From: Myxococcota bacterium
GTDB taxonomy: Bacteria; Myxococcota_A; UBA9160; UBA4427
Assembly (NCBI GenBank): GCA_965250285.1
Contig: OZ252299.1
Location: forward strand, 1,312,001-1,376,000
DNA: 64,000 nt
Reading direction: 5' to 3'
In this document: positions 54,445 to 64,000 of the stretch, in pieces
Layout: every line of letters starts with the position of its first letter
How positions within the stretch are numbered: position 1 is the stretch's first letter
Program-made: the position numbers and the translations under genes
Notes under the pieces: generated by a model
Databases searched by the model: none
Seen by the model: only the letters and a program-made list of their open reading frames with translations
Told to the model about the DNA's origin: nothing

Positions 54445-55194
54445 ATGGCCTCTTCCGACGACCTGCTGCTGGCGATCGAATCGGCCACGCGGCGCGCGAG
54501 CGTGGTGCTCGCCCGTGGCGCCGAGGTCGTGGCCGAGCGCCAGGGCGACGCACACGATCACCACGCCGAACAGCTGCTGCCGATGATCGACGACCTGCTC
54601 GCGTCGGCGGGTGCAGGGCTCGCGGACGTGAGCGCCTTCGGCGTCTCGATCGGCCCCGGCGCGTTCACGAGTCTGCGCATCGGCCTGGCGACGGTGAAGG
54701 GCCTCGCGTTCGGCGGGCATGCCCCCGTCGCCGCGGTCTCGACCCTCGAGGCCCTCGCCCACGGCGCGCTGCGCGCGGGGCGTGTGGACGACGGTGAACT
54801 CTGTGTGCCGCTGCTCGATGCACGGCGGGGCGCGTTCTACGCCGGCGGCTACCGGCTGGCGCAGGGCGACTCGCTGGCGGCGCCCGGGCGCCTGGTGGAG
54901 CAGATCGCGGACGACGTGACGACGGTCGAAGCTCTGGGCCCGCGGCTCGAGGGGCCGGTGCGGTTGGTCGGGGAGGGCGCGGCGCTCTTCGGTGACGCCC
55001 TGACCGCGGCGGCGCCGAAGGCCCAGATCGTCGCCGACGCGCAGGACGCGATCTGGCCGGACGCGCGCTCGGTCGCGGCCATCGGGCACGCCCTGCTCGA
55101 AGCCGGTGAAGGGCGACCTGCGGGCGTCCTCGTGCCGCGCTATCTGCGGCGCACGCAAGCCGAGGAGCAGCGGGCGGCGCGGGGCGGCGACTGA
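54445..55194 (+). CDS. tsaB: tRNA threonylcarbamoyladenosine biosynthesis protein TsaB
   Basis: LAIESAT; GPGAFTSLRIG; LDARRG; PRYLR. Confidence 0.9.
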   Translation: MASSDDLLLAIESATRRASVVLARGAEVVAERQGDAHDHHAEQLLPMIDDLLASAGAGLADVSAFGVSIGPGAFTSLRIGLATVKGLAFGGHAPVAAVSTLEALAHGALRAGRVDDGELCVPLLDARRGAFYAGGYRLAQGDSLAAPGRLVEQIADDVTTVEALGPRLEGPVRLVGEGAALFGDALTAAAPKAQIVADAQDAIWPDARSVAAIGHALLEAGEGRPAGVLVPRYLRRTQAEEQRAARGGD

Positions 55195-55218
55195 CGCCCA
55201 GGCGTCGGTCCGATCGCT

Positions 55219-56471
<1,253 letters not shown>

Positions 56472-56535
56472 GCGTTCGGCGCAGCTCGGGCTCCGGATCG
56501 GATCGGGGCGGGCGTCTGGCCTGGGAGGACCACCC

Positions 56536-57474
56536 GTGGCGATGGAAGCCGTCGAGTCTGAAAACGCAGGAGGACGCCGGCGTAAGCGACGGCGCGGACG
56601 CCGCCGGGGCGACCACGCCCCGCGCTTCGGCGCGCTGCTGCCCAACGTGCTGACGACGGGCAACCTCGCCGCCGGCTTCTACGCGATCATCAAGGCCAGC
56701 ACGGGCGATCCCGTGTTCGCCTCGTACATGATCTTCGTCGCCGGCGTCTTCGACATTCTCGATGGCCGGGCCGCGCGCCTGGCCAAGGTCGAGAGTCGCT
56801 TCGGCCAGGAGTACGACTCGATCTCGGACACGGTCTCGTTCGGCGTCGCGCCGGCCGTGATCGCGTTCCACGCCGGGGGCTTCGACGAGCTGCGCTGGGC
56901 AGGCTGGCTGCTCGCGTTCGTGTACACCACGTGCGCATCCCTGCGGCTGGCTCGATACAACGTATCGAGCGGTCGCTACGAGGGGCGCTTCGACGGGCTG
57001 CCGAGCCCGGCTGCGGCCGGCATGGTCGTTTCGACGATCTGGTTCAGCGAGTGGCTGCGGGGCTTCGACATCGTGCTCGGGCTGCCGCCGATTCTGCCGG
57101 CCATGGGCATCGCGTTCGTGGGCCTCGCGATGGTCACGCCGATCCCGTACCACAACATGAAGGGGATCAAGCTCGGCAGCTCATTTGGCGGGCTGGCCTT
57201 CTCGATCGTGTTGCTGATCTTCGTCTTCCTCGAGCCGGGGTTGAACTTCTTCTTGATCGGCATCACGTATCTGCTCTCGGGGCCCTTCGAGGTCATCTGG
57301 CGCAAGCGCACGGGTCGATCGCTCGACGATCTGGCGGTGGCGGCCACGGAGGCCGTCGAAGAGCTGGCTCAGGATGCCGGCCTCGCCGTGGCCGAAGACG
57401 AGCAGGGCGCCGAGCATCCGCCGCTGCGGGCCGCGCAGGGCGAGCCCGAAGACGAAGGGGAGACGACGCGATGA
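56536..57474 (+). CDS. pssA: CDP-diacylglycerol-serine O-phosphatidyltransferase
   Basis: PNVLT; DILDGRAAR...FGQEYDSISD; LRLARYN; FDGLPSPAAA. Confidence 0.9.
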   Translation: MAMEAVESENAGGRRRKRRRGRRRGDHAPRFGALLPNVLTTGNLAAGFYAIIKASTGDPVFASYMIFVAGVFDILDGRAARLAKVESRFGQEYDSISDTVSFGVAPAVIAFHAGGFDELRWAGWLLAFVYTTCASLRLARYNVSSGRYEGRFDGLPSPAAAGMVVSTIWFSEWLRGFDIVLGLPPILPAMGIAFVGLAMVTPIPYHNMKGIKLGSSFGGLAFSIVLLIFVFLEPGLNFFLIGITYLLSGPFEVIWRKRTGRSLDDLAVAATEAVEELAQDAGLAVAEDEQGAEHPPLRAAQGEPEDEGETTR

Positions 57475-59018
57475 CGACCGACCGCGTTCGGATCTTCGAT
57501 ACGACGTTGCGCGATGGCGAGCAGTCGCCGGGCTGCTCGATGAACATGAACGAGAAGCTTGCGCTGGCCCGTCAGCTGCAGCGACTCGGGGTCGACGTGA
57601 TCGAGGCGGGGTTTCCGATCGCGAGCGAGGGCGACTTTGAGAGCGTCCGGCAGATCGCCGACGAGATCGACGGCGTGACGGTGTGCGGTCTGTCGCGCAC
57701 GGGCCAGATCGACATCGAGCGCGCCGCCGAGGCGCTCGAGACGGCGAAGGCGCCGCGCATCCACACCTTCATCGCGACGAGCGACATCCATCTCGAACAC
57801 AAGCTGCGGATGAGTCGCGATCAGGTCCTCGACGAAGTGACGCGCGCCGTCACCCAGGCGCGTGGCTACGTCGACGACGTCGAGTTCAGCGCCGAGGACG
57901 CGACGCGCAGCGACCGCGACTATCTCGTCGAGGTGTTCTCGAGGGCGGTCGAGTGCGGCGCGACGACGCTCAACGTGCCCGACACCGTGGGATACACCAC
58001 GCCCGAAGAGTACGCGCGGCTGATCACCTACCTGCGCGAGAAGGTGACGGGCGCAGAAGGCGTGATCTTCTCTGTCCACTGCCACAACGACCTCGGTCTC
58101 GCGGTGTCGAACAGCCTCTCGGCCGTGCTCGCCGGGGCGCGCCAGGTCGAGTGCACCGTGAACGGCATCGGCGAACGCGCCGGCAACTGCAGCCTCGAAG
58201 AGGTGGTCATGGCCGTGCACACCCGGCCCGACGTCTACGCCGAGGTGAGCCTCGGCGTGAACACCCACGAGATCTATCCGTCGAGTCGCCTGCTCTCGAG
58301 CGTGACCGGCGTGCAGGTGCAGCCGAACAAGGCGATCGTCGGCGACAACGCCTTCGCCCATGAGGCGGGGATCCACCAGGACGGCGTCCTCAAGGAGACG
58401 CTGACCTACGAGATCATGACGCCCGAGTCGATCGGCAAGGCGTCGAACGAACTCGTGCTCGGCAAACACAGCGGCCGGCATGCGTTCAAGGATCGACTGC
58501 TCGAGCTCGGCTTCGCCGTCGAGGGCGACGACTTCGAACGCGCCTTCAAGCGGTTCAAGGATCTCGCCGACGCGAAGAAGACGATCTACAACGAAGACCT
58601 CGAGGCGATCGTCGCCGACAGCGTCGTGACCACCGAGGAGCGGTTCGCCTTCGACGAGCTCACCATCACGAGCGGGAGCGCGAGCGCGCCCATGGCGCAC
58701 GTGCAGCTGATCGTCGACGGAGAGGTCGCGTCGACGGTGGCGACGGGGGTCGGCCCCGTCGACGCGATCTTCGAAGCGATCACTCAGCTCACGTCGACGG
58801 CGAGCGAGCTGATCAAGTACGACGTGCACGCCGTGACGTCGGGGCTCGACGCGCAGGGAGAGGTCAGCGTGACGATCGAAGAGGACGGCCGCCGTGTGAT
58901 CGGCAACGGCGTGCACGAAGACGTGATGGTCGCGAGCGGCAAGGCCTACGTGAACGCGATCAACCGCCTCGAGTGGCACAAGAAGCGGCGTCAGAAGGAT
59001 GCGCCCAAGGGCATCTGA
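57471..59018 (+). CDS. leuA: 2-isopropylmalate synthase
   Basis: [36 protein letters not shown]. Confidence 0.97.
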   Translation: MTTDRVRIFDTTLRDGEQSPGCSMNMNEKLALARQLQRLGVDVIEAGFPIASEGDFESVRQIADEIDGVTVCGLSRTGQIDIERAAEALETAKAPRIHTFIATSDIHLEHKLRMSRDQVLDEVTRAVTQARGYVDDVEFSAEDATRSDRDYLVEVFSRAVECGATTLNVPDTVGYTTPEEYARLITYLREKVTGAEGVIFSVHCHNDLGLAVSNSLSAVLAGARQVECTVNGIGERAGNCSLEEVVMAVHTRPDVYAEVSLGVNTHEIYPSSRLLSSVTGVQVQPNKAIVGDNAFAHEAGIHQDGVLKETLTYEIMTPESIGKASNELVLGKHSGRHAFKDRLLELGFAVEGDDFERAFKRFKDLADAKKTIYNEDLEAIVADSVVTTEERFAFDELTITSGSASAPMAHVQLIVDGEVASTVATGVGPVDAIFEAITQLTSTASELIKYDVHAVTSGLDAQGEVSVTIEEDGRRVIGNGVHEDVMVASGKAYVNAINRLEWHKKRRQKDAPKGI

Positions 59019-59130
59019 GCGCCGACGCAATGAGAGCCGAGAGCCGCGCAATCGCTGACGCCGCGCCCAGCGCACGCAGCCCGCGGCGTTCGGTTCGCTT
59101 TCACCCCTACGCAGAAAGAGAGTTCGACAG

Positions 59131-60219
59131 ATGAGCGCCAGCAAGATCCTGCTGCTGCCCGGAGACGGCATCGGCCCCGAGGTGACCACCCAGGCCGTGC
59201 GCGTCCTCGAGGCCGTCGCGCAGAAGCACGACATCGAGATCTCGACCGCGACCGACCTGATCGGCGGGGCCTCGATCGACGCCCACGGCACGCCGCTCCG
59301 CGACGAGGTCGTGGCCCAGGCGCGCGAGAGCGCCGCCGTGCTGCTCGGCGCGGTCGGGGGCCCGAAGTGGGACGACATGGCCGTGGACGTCCGGCCCGAG
59401 AAGGGGCTGCTCAAGATCCGCAAGGATCTCGGCCTGTTCGCCAATCTGCGACCGGCCAGCGTGATCCCGGCGCTCGTCGACGCGTCGACGCTGCGGCCCG
59501 AGGTCGTCGAAGGCATCGACCTGCTCGTCGTGCGCGAGCTGACCGGCGGCATCTACTTCGGTGAGCCGAAGGGGCGCATGGTCGAAGGCGGCAAGCGCAA
59601 GGCGATCAACGCCATGGTCTACGACGAGGACGAGGTCGAGCGCATCACCCGGGTGGCGTTCGACCAGGCGCGTCTGCGCCGCCATCACGTCACCCATGTT
59701 CACAAGGCCAACGTGCTCGAGGTCAGCCAGCTCTGGATGGACGTCGTCGAAGAGGTGGCGAAGGACTATGACGACGTCGAGCTCGTGCATCAGCTCGTCG
59801 ACTCGTGCGCGATGCTGTTGCTGAAGGATCCTCGCCGCTTCGACGTGATCGTCACCGGCAACATGTTCGGCGACATCCTGAGCGACGAGGCCGCCGAGAT
59901 CACGGGCTCGCTGGGCATGCTGCCAAGCGCGAGCCTCGCCGCGGGCGGGTTCGGCCTCTACGAGCCCGTCCACGGATCGGCGCCCGATATCGCCGGGCAG
60001 GACAAGGCCAACCCGCTCGCCGCGATCCTGAGCGTGGCGATGCTGCTCGAGACGAGCCTCGAGTGCTCGGCCGGCGCCGTCGAGGTGCGTGCCGCGGTGT
60101 CGCAGGTGCTGGCCGACGGCCTGCGCACCGGCGATCTGCTGCTCGAGGGCGAGACCCGCGACACCGTCGGATGTGTCGCCATGGGCGACGCGGTGCTCGA
60201 CGCACTGGGCGCGGCGTGA
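59131..60219 (+). CDS. leuB: 3-isopropylmalate dehydrogenase
   Basis: [41 protein letters not shown]. Confidence 0.97.
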   Translation: MSASKILLLPGDGIGPEVTTQAVRVLEAVAQKHDIEISTATDLIGGASIDAHGTPLRDEVVAQARESAAVLLGAVGGPKWDDMAVDVRPEKGLLKIRKDLGLFANLRPASVIPALVDASTLRPEVVEGIDLLVVRELTGGIYFGEPKGRMVEGGKRKAINAMVYDEDEVERITRVAFDQARLRRHHVTHVHKANVLEVSQLWMDVVEEVAKDYDDVELVHQLVDSCAMLLLKDPRRFDVIVTGNMFGDILSDEAAEITGSLGMLPSASLAAGGFGLYEPVHGSAPDIAGQDKANPLAAILSVAMLLETSLECSAGAVEVRAAVSQVLADGLRTGDLLLEGETRDTVGCVAMGDAVLDALGAA

Positions 60220-61238
60220 GCGCGGGCGCATCGAATCGAGCCGAGGGGCTGCGCATCGCGGTGGCGGGCGCGGGCGGCACCCTCGGGCGCGAGCTGCTCG
60301 AGGTGCTGGGCGACGCGGGGCTGCCGATCGCCGAGCTGCTGCCGTTCGGCACCGATGCGAGCCTGGGCCACGAGGTCGAGTTCGCCGGCACGAGCTGGCC
60401 CCTCGAGAGCGAGCCGCCGACGCTGCGTGGCCTCGACGCGCTCGTGCTGTGCACGCCGATGGGCGCCGCCGCCGAGCTCGCCCGCGACGCCCTGCGTGCC
60501 GAGGTCACCTGCCTCGACGCTTCGGGCGCGTTCCTCGACACGCCCGAGGTGGTGCTCGGCGTCGCCGGACTGATCCCCGATGCGGCGCTGCTGGCCGCAC
60601 CGCTGCTCTCGGCGCCGCCGGGCAGCCCGCTCGCCTGGGCGCGGCTGGTGCACGCCGCGGCGGGCGACGAGGCCCTCAGCGAGGTCAGCGCCACGCTGCT
60701 CTCGTCGGCCGGTGATCTCGGCCGCCAGGGCATCGAGGCGCTCAGCGATCAGACCGTCGCGCTGCTGAATCAGACCGGTCGCGAAGACGATGCCCCGCGC
60801 GAGGATCTGCTGGGGCTCGCCTTCGACTGCCGGCCCACCGAGACCCCCGACCGCGCCGCGGCGTTGCTCGGCACGGTGCTCGCGCGCCTGCGTGGGGGCG
60901 TGGTCGCCACCCAGGCGACCCGCGTGCGCGTGCCGACCTTCGTCGGCGAGGGCGCGGTCGTCCGCCTGGTCTTCGATCGGATGCCCGACGTCGAGGCGAT
61001 GACCAAGCGGCTCGAGGCGGCGCCCGGGATCGATTTGTGGAGCCACGGTGAGGTGCCCACGACGCGCAATACGGCGGGCCAGGACGAGGTGCTCGTTTCG
61101 CCGCCGACGCTCGCGCAGAGCGCGGGAGAAGAACGCGCCGCAGTCACGCTGTGGGCCGCCGCCGACCCCGTGCGGGTCGCGGCGCGCAATCTGGTCGATC
61201 TGCTGCGGGCGCGGCTCGCGTCGTCGCCGACGAGCTGA
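60216..61238 (+). CDS. Degenerate aspartate-semialdehyde dehydrogenase-like (Usg-like) protein
   Basis: [11 protein letters not shown]ossmann; LAFD; RVPTFVG; PNC motif absent; lies between leuB and truA. Confidence 0.8.
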   Translation: MSAGASNRAEGLRIAVAGAGGTLGRELLEVLGDAGLPIAELLPFGTDASLGHEVEFAGTSWPLESEPPTLRGLDALVLCTPMGAAAELARDALRAEVTCLDASGAFLDTPEVVLGVAGLIPDAALLAAPLLSAPPGSPLAWARLVHAAAGDEALSEVSATLLSSAGDLGRQGIEALSDQTVALLNQTGREDDAPREDLLGLAFDCRPTETPDRAAALLGTVLARLRGGVVATQATRVRVPTFVGEGAVVRLVFDRMPDVEAMTKRLEAAPGIDLWSHGEVPTTRNTAGQDEVLVSPPTLAQSAGEERAAVTLWAAADPVRVAARNLVDLLRARLASSPTS

Positions 61239-61353
61239 TGACCCGGGCTCGCCTGGTCGCCAACGAGTGGATGACCCGGGCTCGCCTGGTCGCCAACGAG
61301 TGGATGACCCGGGGTCGCGTCGTCGCCGACGAGCTGATGACCGGCGCTCGCCT
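61213..61353 (+). repeat. 33-bp tandem repeat, four units (A-B-B-A') plus a partial
   Basis: Units at 61213, 61246, 61279 and 61312; the first contains the asd-like stop. Confidence 0.9.
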
Positions 61354-61371
61354 CGGACGCGCGGGCGCGTG

Positions 61372-62127
61372 ATGGCGCGGTTCAAGCTCGTCGTCGAGTA
61401 CGATGGCCGCGACTTCGATGGCTGGCAGCAGCAGCCGGGCGCCCGCACGGTGCAGGGCGAGCTCGCGGCGGCGATCGCGCGGGTCTCGGGGCAGGTCGAG
61501 CCTCAGGTGATCGGCAGCGGTCGCACCGACTCGGGCGTCCACGCCGAGGGCCAGGTCGCGAGCGTCGAGATCGAGCGCGCCTTCACGCCCGAGAAGCTCG
61601 CCGCGGCCCTGAACGGCGTGCTGGGGCACGACGTGGCCGTGCTCGCGGTCGAAGCCGCAGCGCCCGACTTCGACGCCCGCAAACACGCGACGCACAAGCA
61701 CTACCGCTATCAGATCTGGAACGGCCGGGTGGCTTCGCCGCTGCGCGCTGCGCGCTTTGCCCACGTACGGGCGGCCCTCGACGTCGCCGCCATGACCGAA
61801 GCGGCGAGGGTCTTCGTCGGCGAGCGCGACTTCAGCTCGCTGCGGGCCGCTGGATCGAGCGCAAAGACCAGCGTACGGACGCTGAGCCGCTGCGACGTCG
61901 TGGGGCAGGCCGGGGCCGAGATCGTGCTCCACGTCTCCGGCACGGGCTTCCTGCGCCACATGGTGCGCAATCTGGCCGGCACGCTGATCGAGGTCGGTCG
62001 CGGCCGCCGCACGCCCGGCGACATGGCCGCCCTGCTGGCCGCCCGCGACCGCGGCGCGGCCGGGCCGACGGCGCCGGCGCAGGGGCTCACGCTCGTCTCG
62101 GTGGAGTACCCGGAGCAGCCGGAGTAG
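61372..62127 (+). CDS. truA: tRNA pseudouridine(38-40) synthase
   Basis: EYDGRDFDGWQ; GRTDSGVHA; FLRHMVRNL; TAPAQGL. Confidence 0.97.
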   Translation: MARFKLVVEYDGRDFDGWQQQPGARTVQGELAAAIARVSGQVEPQVIGSGRTDSGVHAEGQVASVEIERAFTPEKLAAALNGVLGHDVAVLAVEAAAPDFDARKHATHKHYRYQIWNGRVASPLRAARFAHVRAALDVAAMTEAARVFVGERDFSSLRAAGSSAKTSVRTLSRCDVVGQAGAEIVLHVSGTGFLRHMVRNLAGTLIEVGRGRRTPGDMAALLAARDRGAAGPTAPAQGLTLVSVEYPEQPE

Positions 62128-62208
62128 CCCGCGGGGCGCCCCCGCAGCTCCGGCGCCAGACCGCGGACATTCCACAGAAAAAACGCGGCGTTGAGCGGGT
62201 GCTGCGAG

Positions 62209-62237
62209 TTGACTCGAGGGGCGTCGTGGGGTACTCA
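62209..62237 (+). promoter_or_regulatory. Putative sigma70 promoter of rplM-rpsI
   Basis: TTGACT-N17-TACTCA. Confidence 0.5.
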
Positions 62238-62443
62238 CTCGCCGGCGCGGACACCGTCCGGGCCCGGTCGTGCTGTCTGCGCGGCCACCAGATCGGGCGC
62301 CGCGGCCACGCGGCCGACGGCGTCCCTCCAGAAACCGGATCCATCGGGTTGGAGAGGCCGCGGCGGCGATCGCTGCGCAGCGCCTCTGTCACCCGTCAGC
62401 GCGCCGCCCCGCGAGCGGCGCGCACACAGCGAGGAGCACGGGC

Positions 62444-62888
62444 ATGGGAGCCCAGGCACACAAGGCCACGAAGAGCGTGCGCCGCGAAGACGTCGAGCAG
62501 CGCTGGTTCGTCGTCGACGCCGAGGACATCGTCCTCGGCCGGCTGGCGACGCGCGTGGCGACGATCCTACGCGGCAAGCACCGCCCCACGTTCACGCCGC
62601 ACAACGACACCGGCGAGTACGTGATCGTGGTGAACGCCGACAAGGTGAAGCTCACCGGTCGCAAGCTGCAGCAGAAGGTCTACCACCGACATACCGGTTG
62701 GACGGGCGGCATCAAGTCGATCACCGCCGAGAAGCTGCTGGCTTCGCCCCATGCCGATCGCGTCGTCACGAACGCGGTTCGAGGCATGCTTCCGAAGAAC
62801 TCGCTCGGCCAACAGATGCTCTCGAAGCTGAAGGTCTACGCCGGTCCCGATCACCCTCACGCGGCTCAGAAGCCGGAGGTCCTCACCG

Positions 62889-62896
<8 letters not shown>
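62444..62896 (+). CDS. rplM: 50S ribosomal protein L13
   Basis: [37 protein letters not shown]. Confidence 0.97.
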
Positions 62897-63278
<382 letters not shown>

Positions 63279-63342
63279 GCCGCTTCGGCCCTCGGCGTCT
63301 CGGCTTTCAGCCGCGGGCGAGGCAAGAACACCGTTCGATTCC

Positions 63343-63385
63343 GAGAGCGGACGTGCCCCTTCGGGCCGTCCGCTCTCTGCGTTTG
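63343..63385 (+). terminator. Hairpin after rpsI (probable terminator)
   Basis: GAGAGCGGACG / CGTCCGCTCTC stem with a TTCG-type loop; weak U-tract. Confidence 0.55.
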
Positions 63386-63857
63386 AGGGGCACGTGGTTC
63401 GCTTCGGGCCGCGGTCGGGTTTCGGAAGAGGCTCCGCATGGGCCATTAGGCAGGGCGCCACGCGGCGCTGCGCTTGCCGCTGGCCGGGGTGCCGGGCTAT
63501 ACAGTCAGCCCATTGGAGTGCGGGCGGTGCCCACCGCCAAACGTCTCGAATGGGGTCCCGTGACAGCATCTCGTGCCCATCTCCGCGCCTTCCGCAGCGA
63601 GCCGATGCGTCCTTGCGCACCCGGTCTGCGGCGAGCTTCGGCGACGCGCATGCAGATCGACGGACCGATGTCGACGTGCCTTCGAGGTGGCCGGTGAGCG
63701 GCCGCCGGTGGCCCTCGACCCTTCGCCTCGCGCATCGACACCCCCCGCTCCTCCAACTCAATCTACGCCCCGGTGGCGGCCCATGGTCATGGTCGCCAGC
63801 GTCGGGGCTCGATCTGGCTATGCAGGAGCGGCGCTGCAGGCGCGTGCTCGGGGGGAA

Positions 63858-64000
63858 ATGAAAATGCGGGAGCGTCGGACCAAGTTCATCTTCGTGACGG
63901 GCGGCGTGATGTCGTCTCTGGGCAAGGGGCTGGCATCAGCGTCGATCGGCGCGCTGCTCGAGGCGCGCGGGCTCAAGGTGACGTTTCTCAAGCTCGACCC
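63858..64000 (+). CDS. pyrG: CTP synthase (5' part, truncated by the window)
   Basis: [24 protein letters not shown]...LKLDP. Confidence 0.95.
   Translation, partial: MKMRERRTKFIFVTGGVMSSLGKGLASASIGALLEARGLKVTFLKLD

Noticed and set aside
61213..61353. Possible CRISPR array (33-bp repeats)
   Set aside because: Units are contiguous with no unique spacers, and there are no cas genes

Overview
High-GC bacterial chromosome segment. Gene order and content suggest a Myxococcota/deltaproteobacterial lineage (inference). Core genes flank the window: tig-clpP-clpX-lon-tRNA-Val at 1.8-8.6 kb, and rarA, nadK-recN, FHA, M23, secA, rpsB-tsf-pyrH-frr-uppS-dxr-rseP-tsaB, ilvC-pssA-leuA-leuB-asd-like-truA, rplM-rpsI and the start of pyrG at 38-64 kb. 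Between them lies a ~29 kb accessory region with three parts. (i) About 13 kb between tRNA-Val and tRNA-Asp holds three secreted proteins with PEP-CTERM/IPTL-like C-terminal sorting tails, a P450 plus two AhpD/CMD-like genes, DUF1214, a small protein-PhyH-MBL operon and an SCP2 protein. (ii) A catabolic cluster holds GFA, P450, enoyl-CoA hydratase, AcoA/B-like E1, a lipoyl-hydrolase AcoC, an acyl-CoA ligase, TetR, SDR, a Rieske oxygenase and a PNPOx-like protein. (iii) A TMTC-like glycosyltransferase, a divergent Aat-like transferase, a YkgJ protein and a REC-GGDEF protein follow. I saw no integrase, transposase, CRISPR array or rRNA. The most unusual sequence-level signal is recurrent short duplications at gene junctions. 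Two of them create mini-ORFs that overlap both the upstream stop codon and the downstream start codon. All calls come from motif recognition without database searches, and many starts were adjusted by eye from the ORF track.
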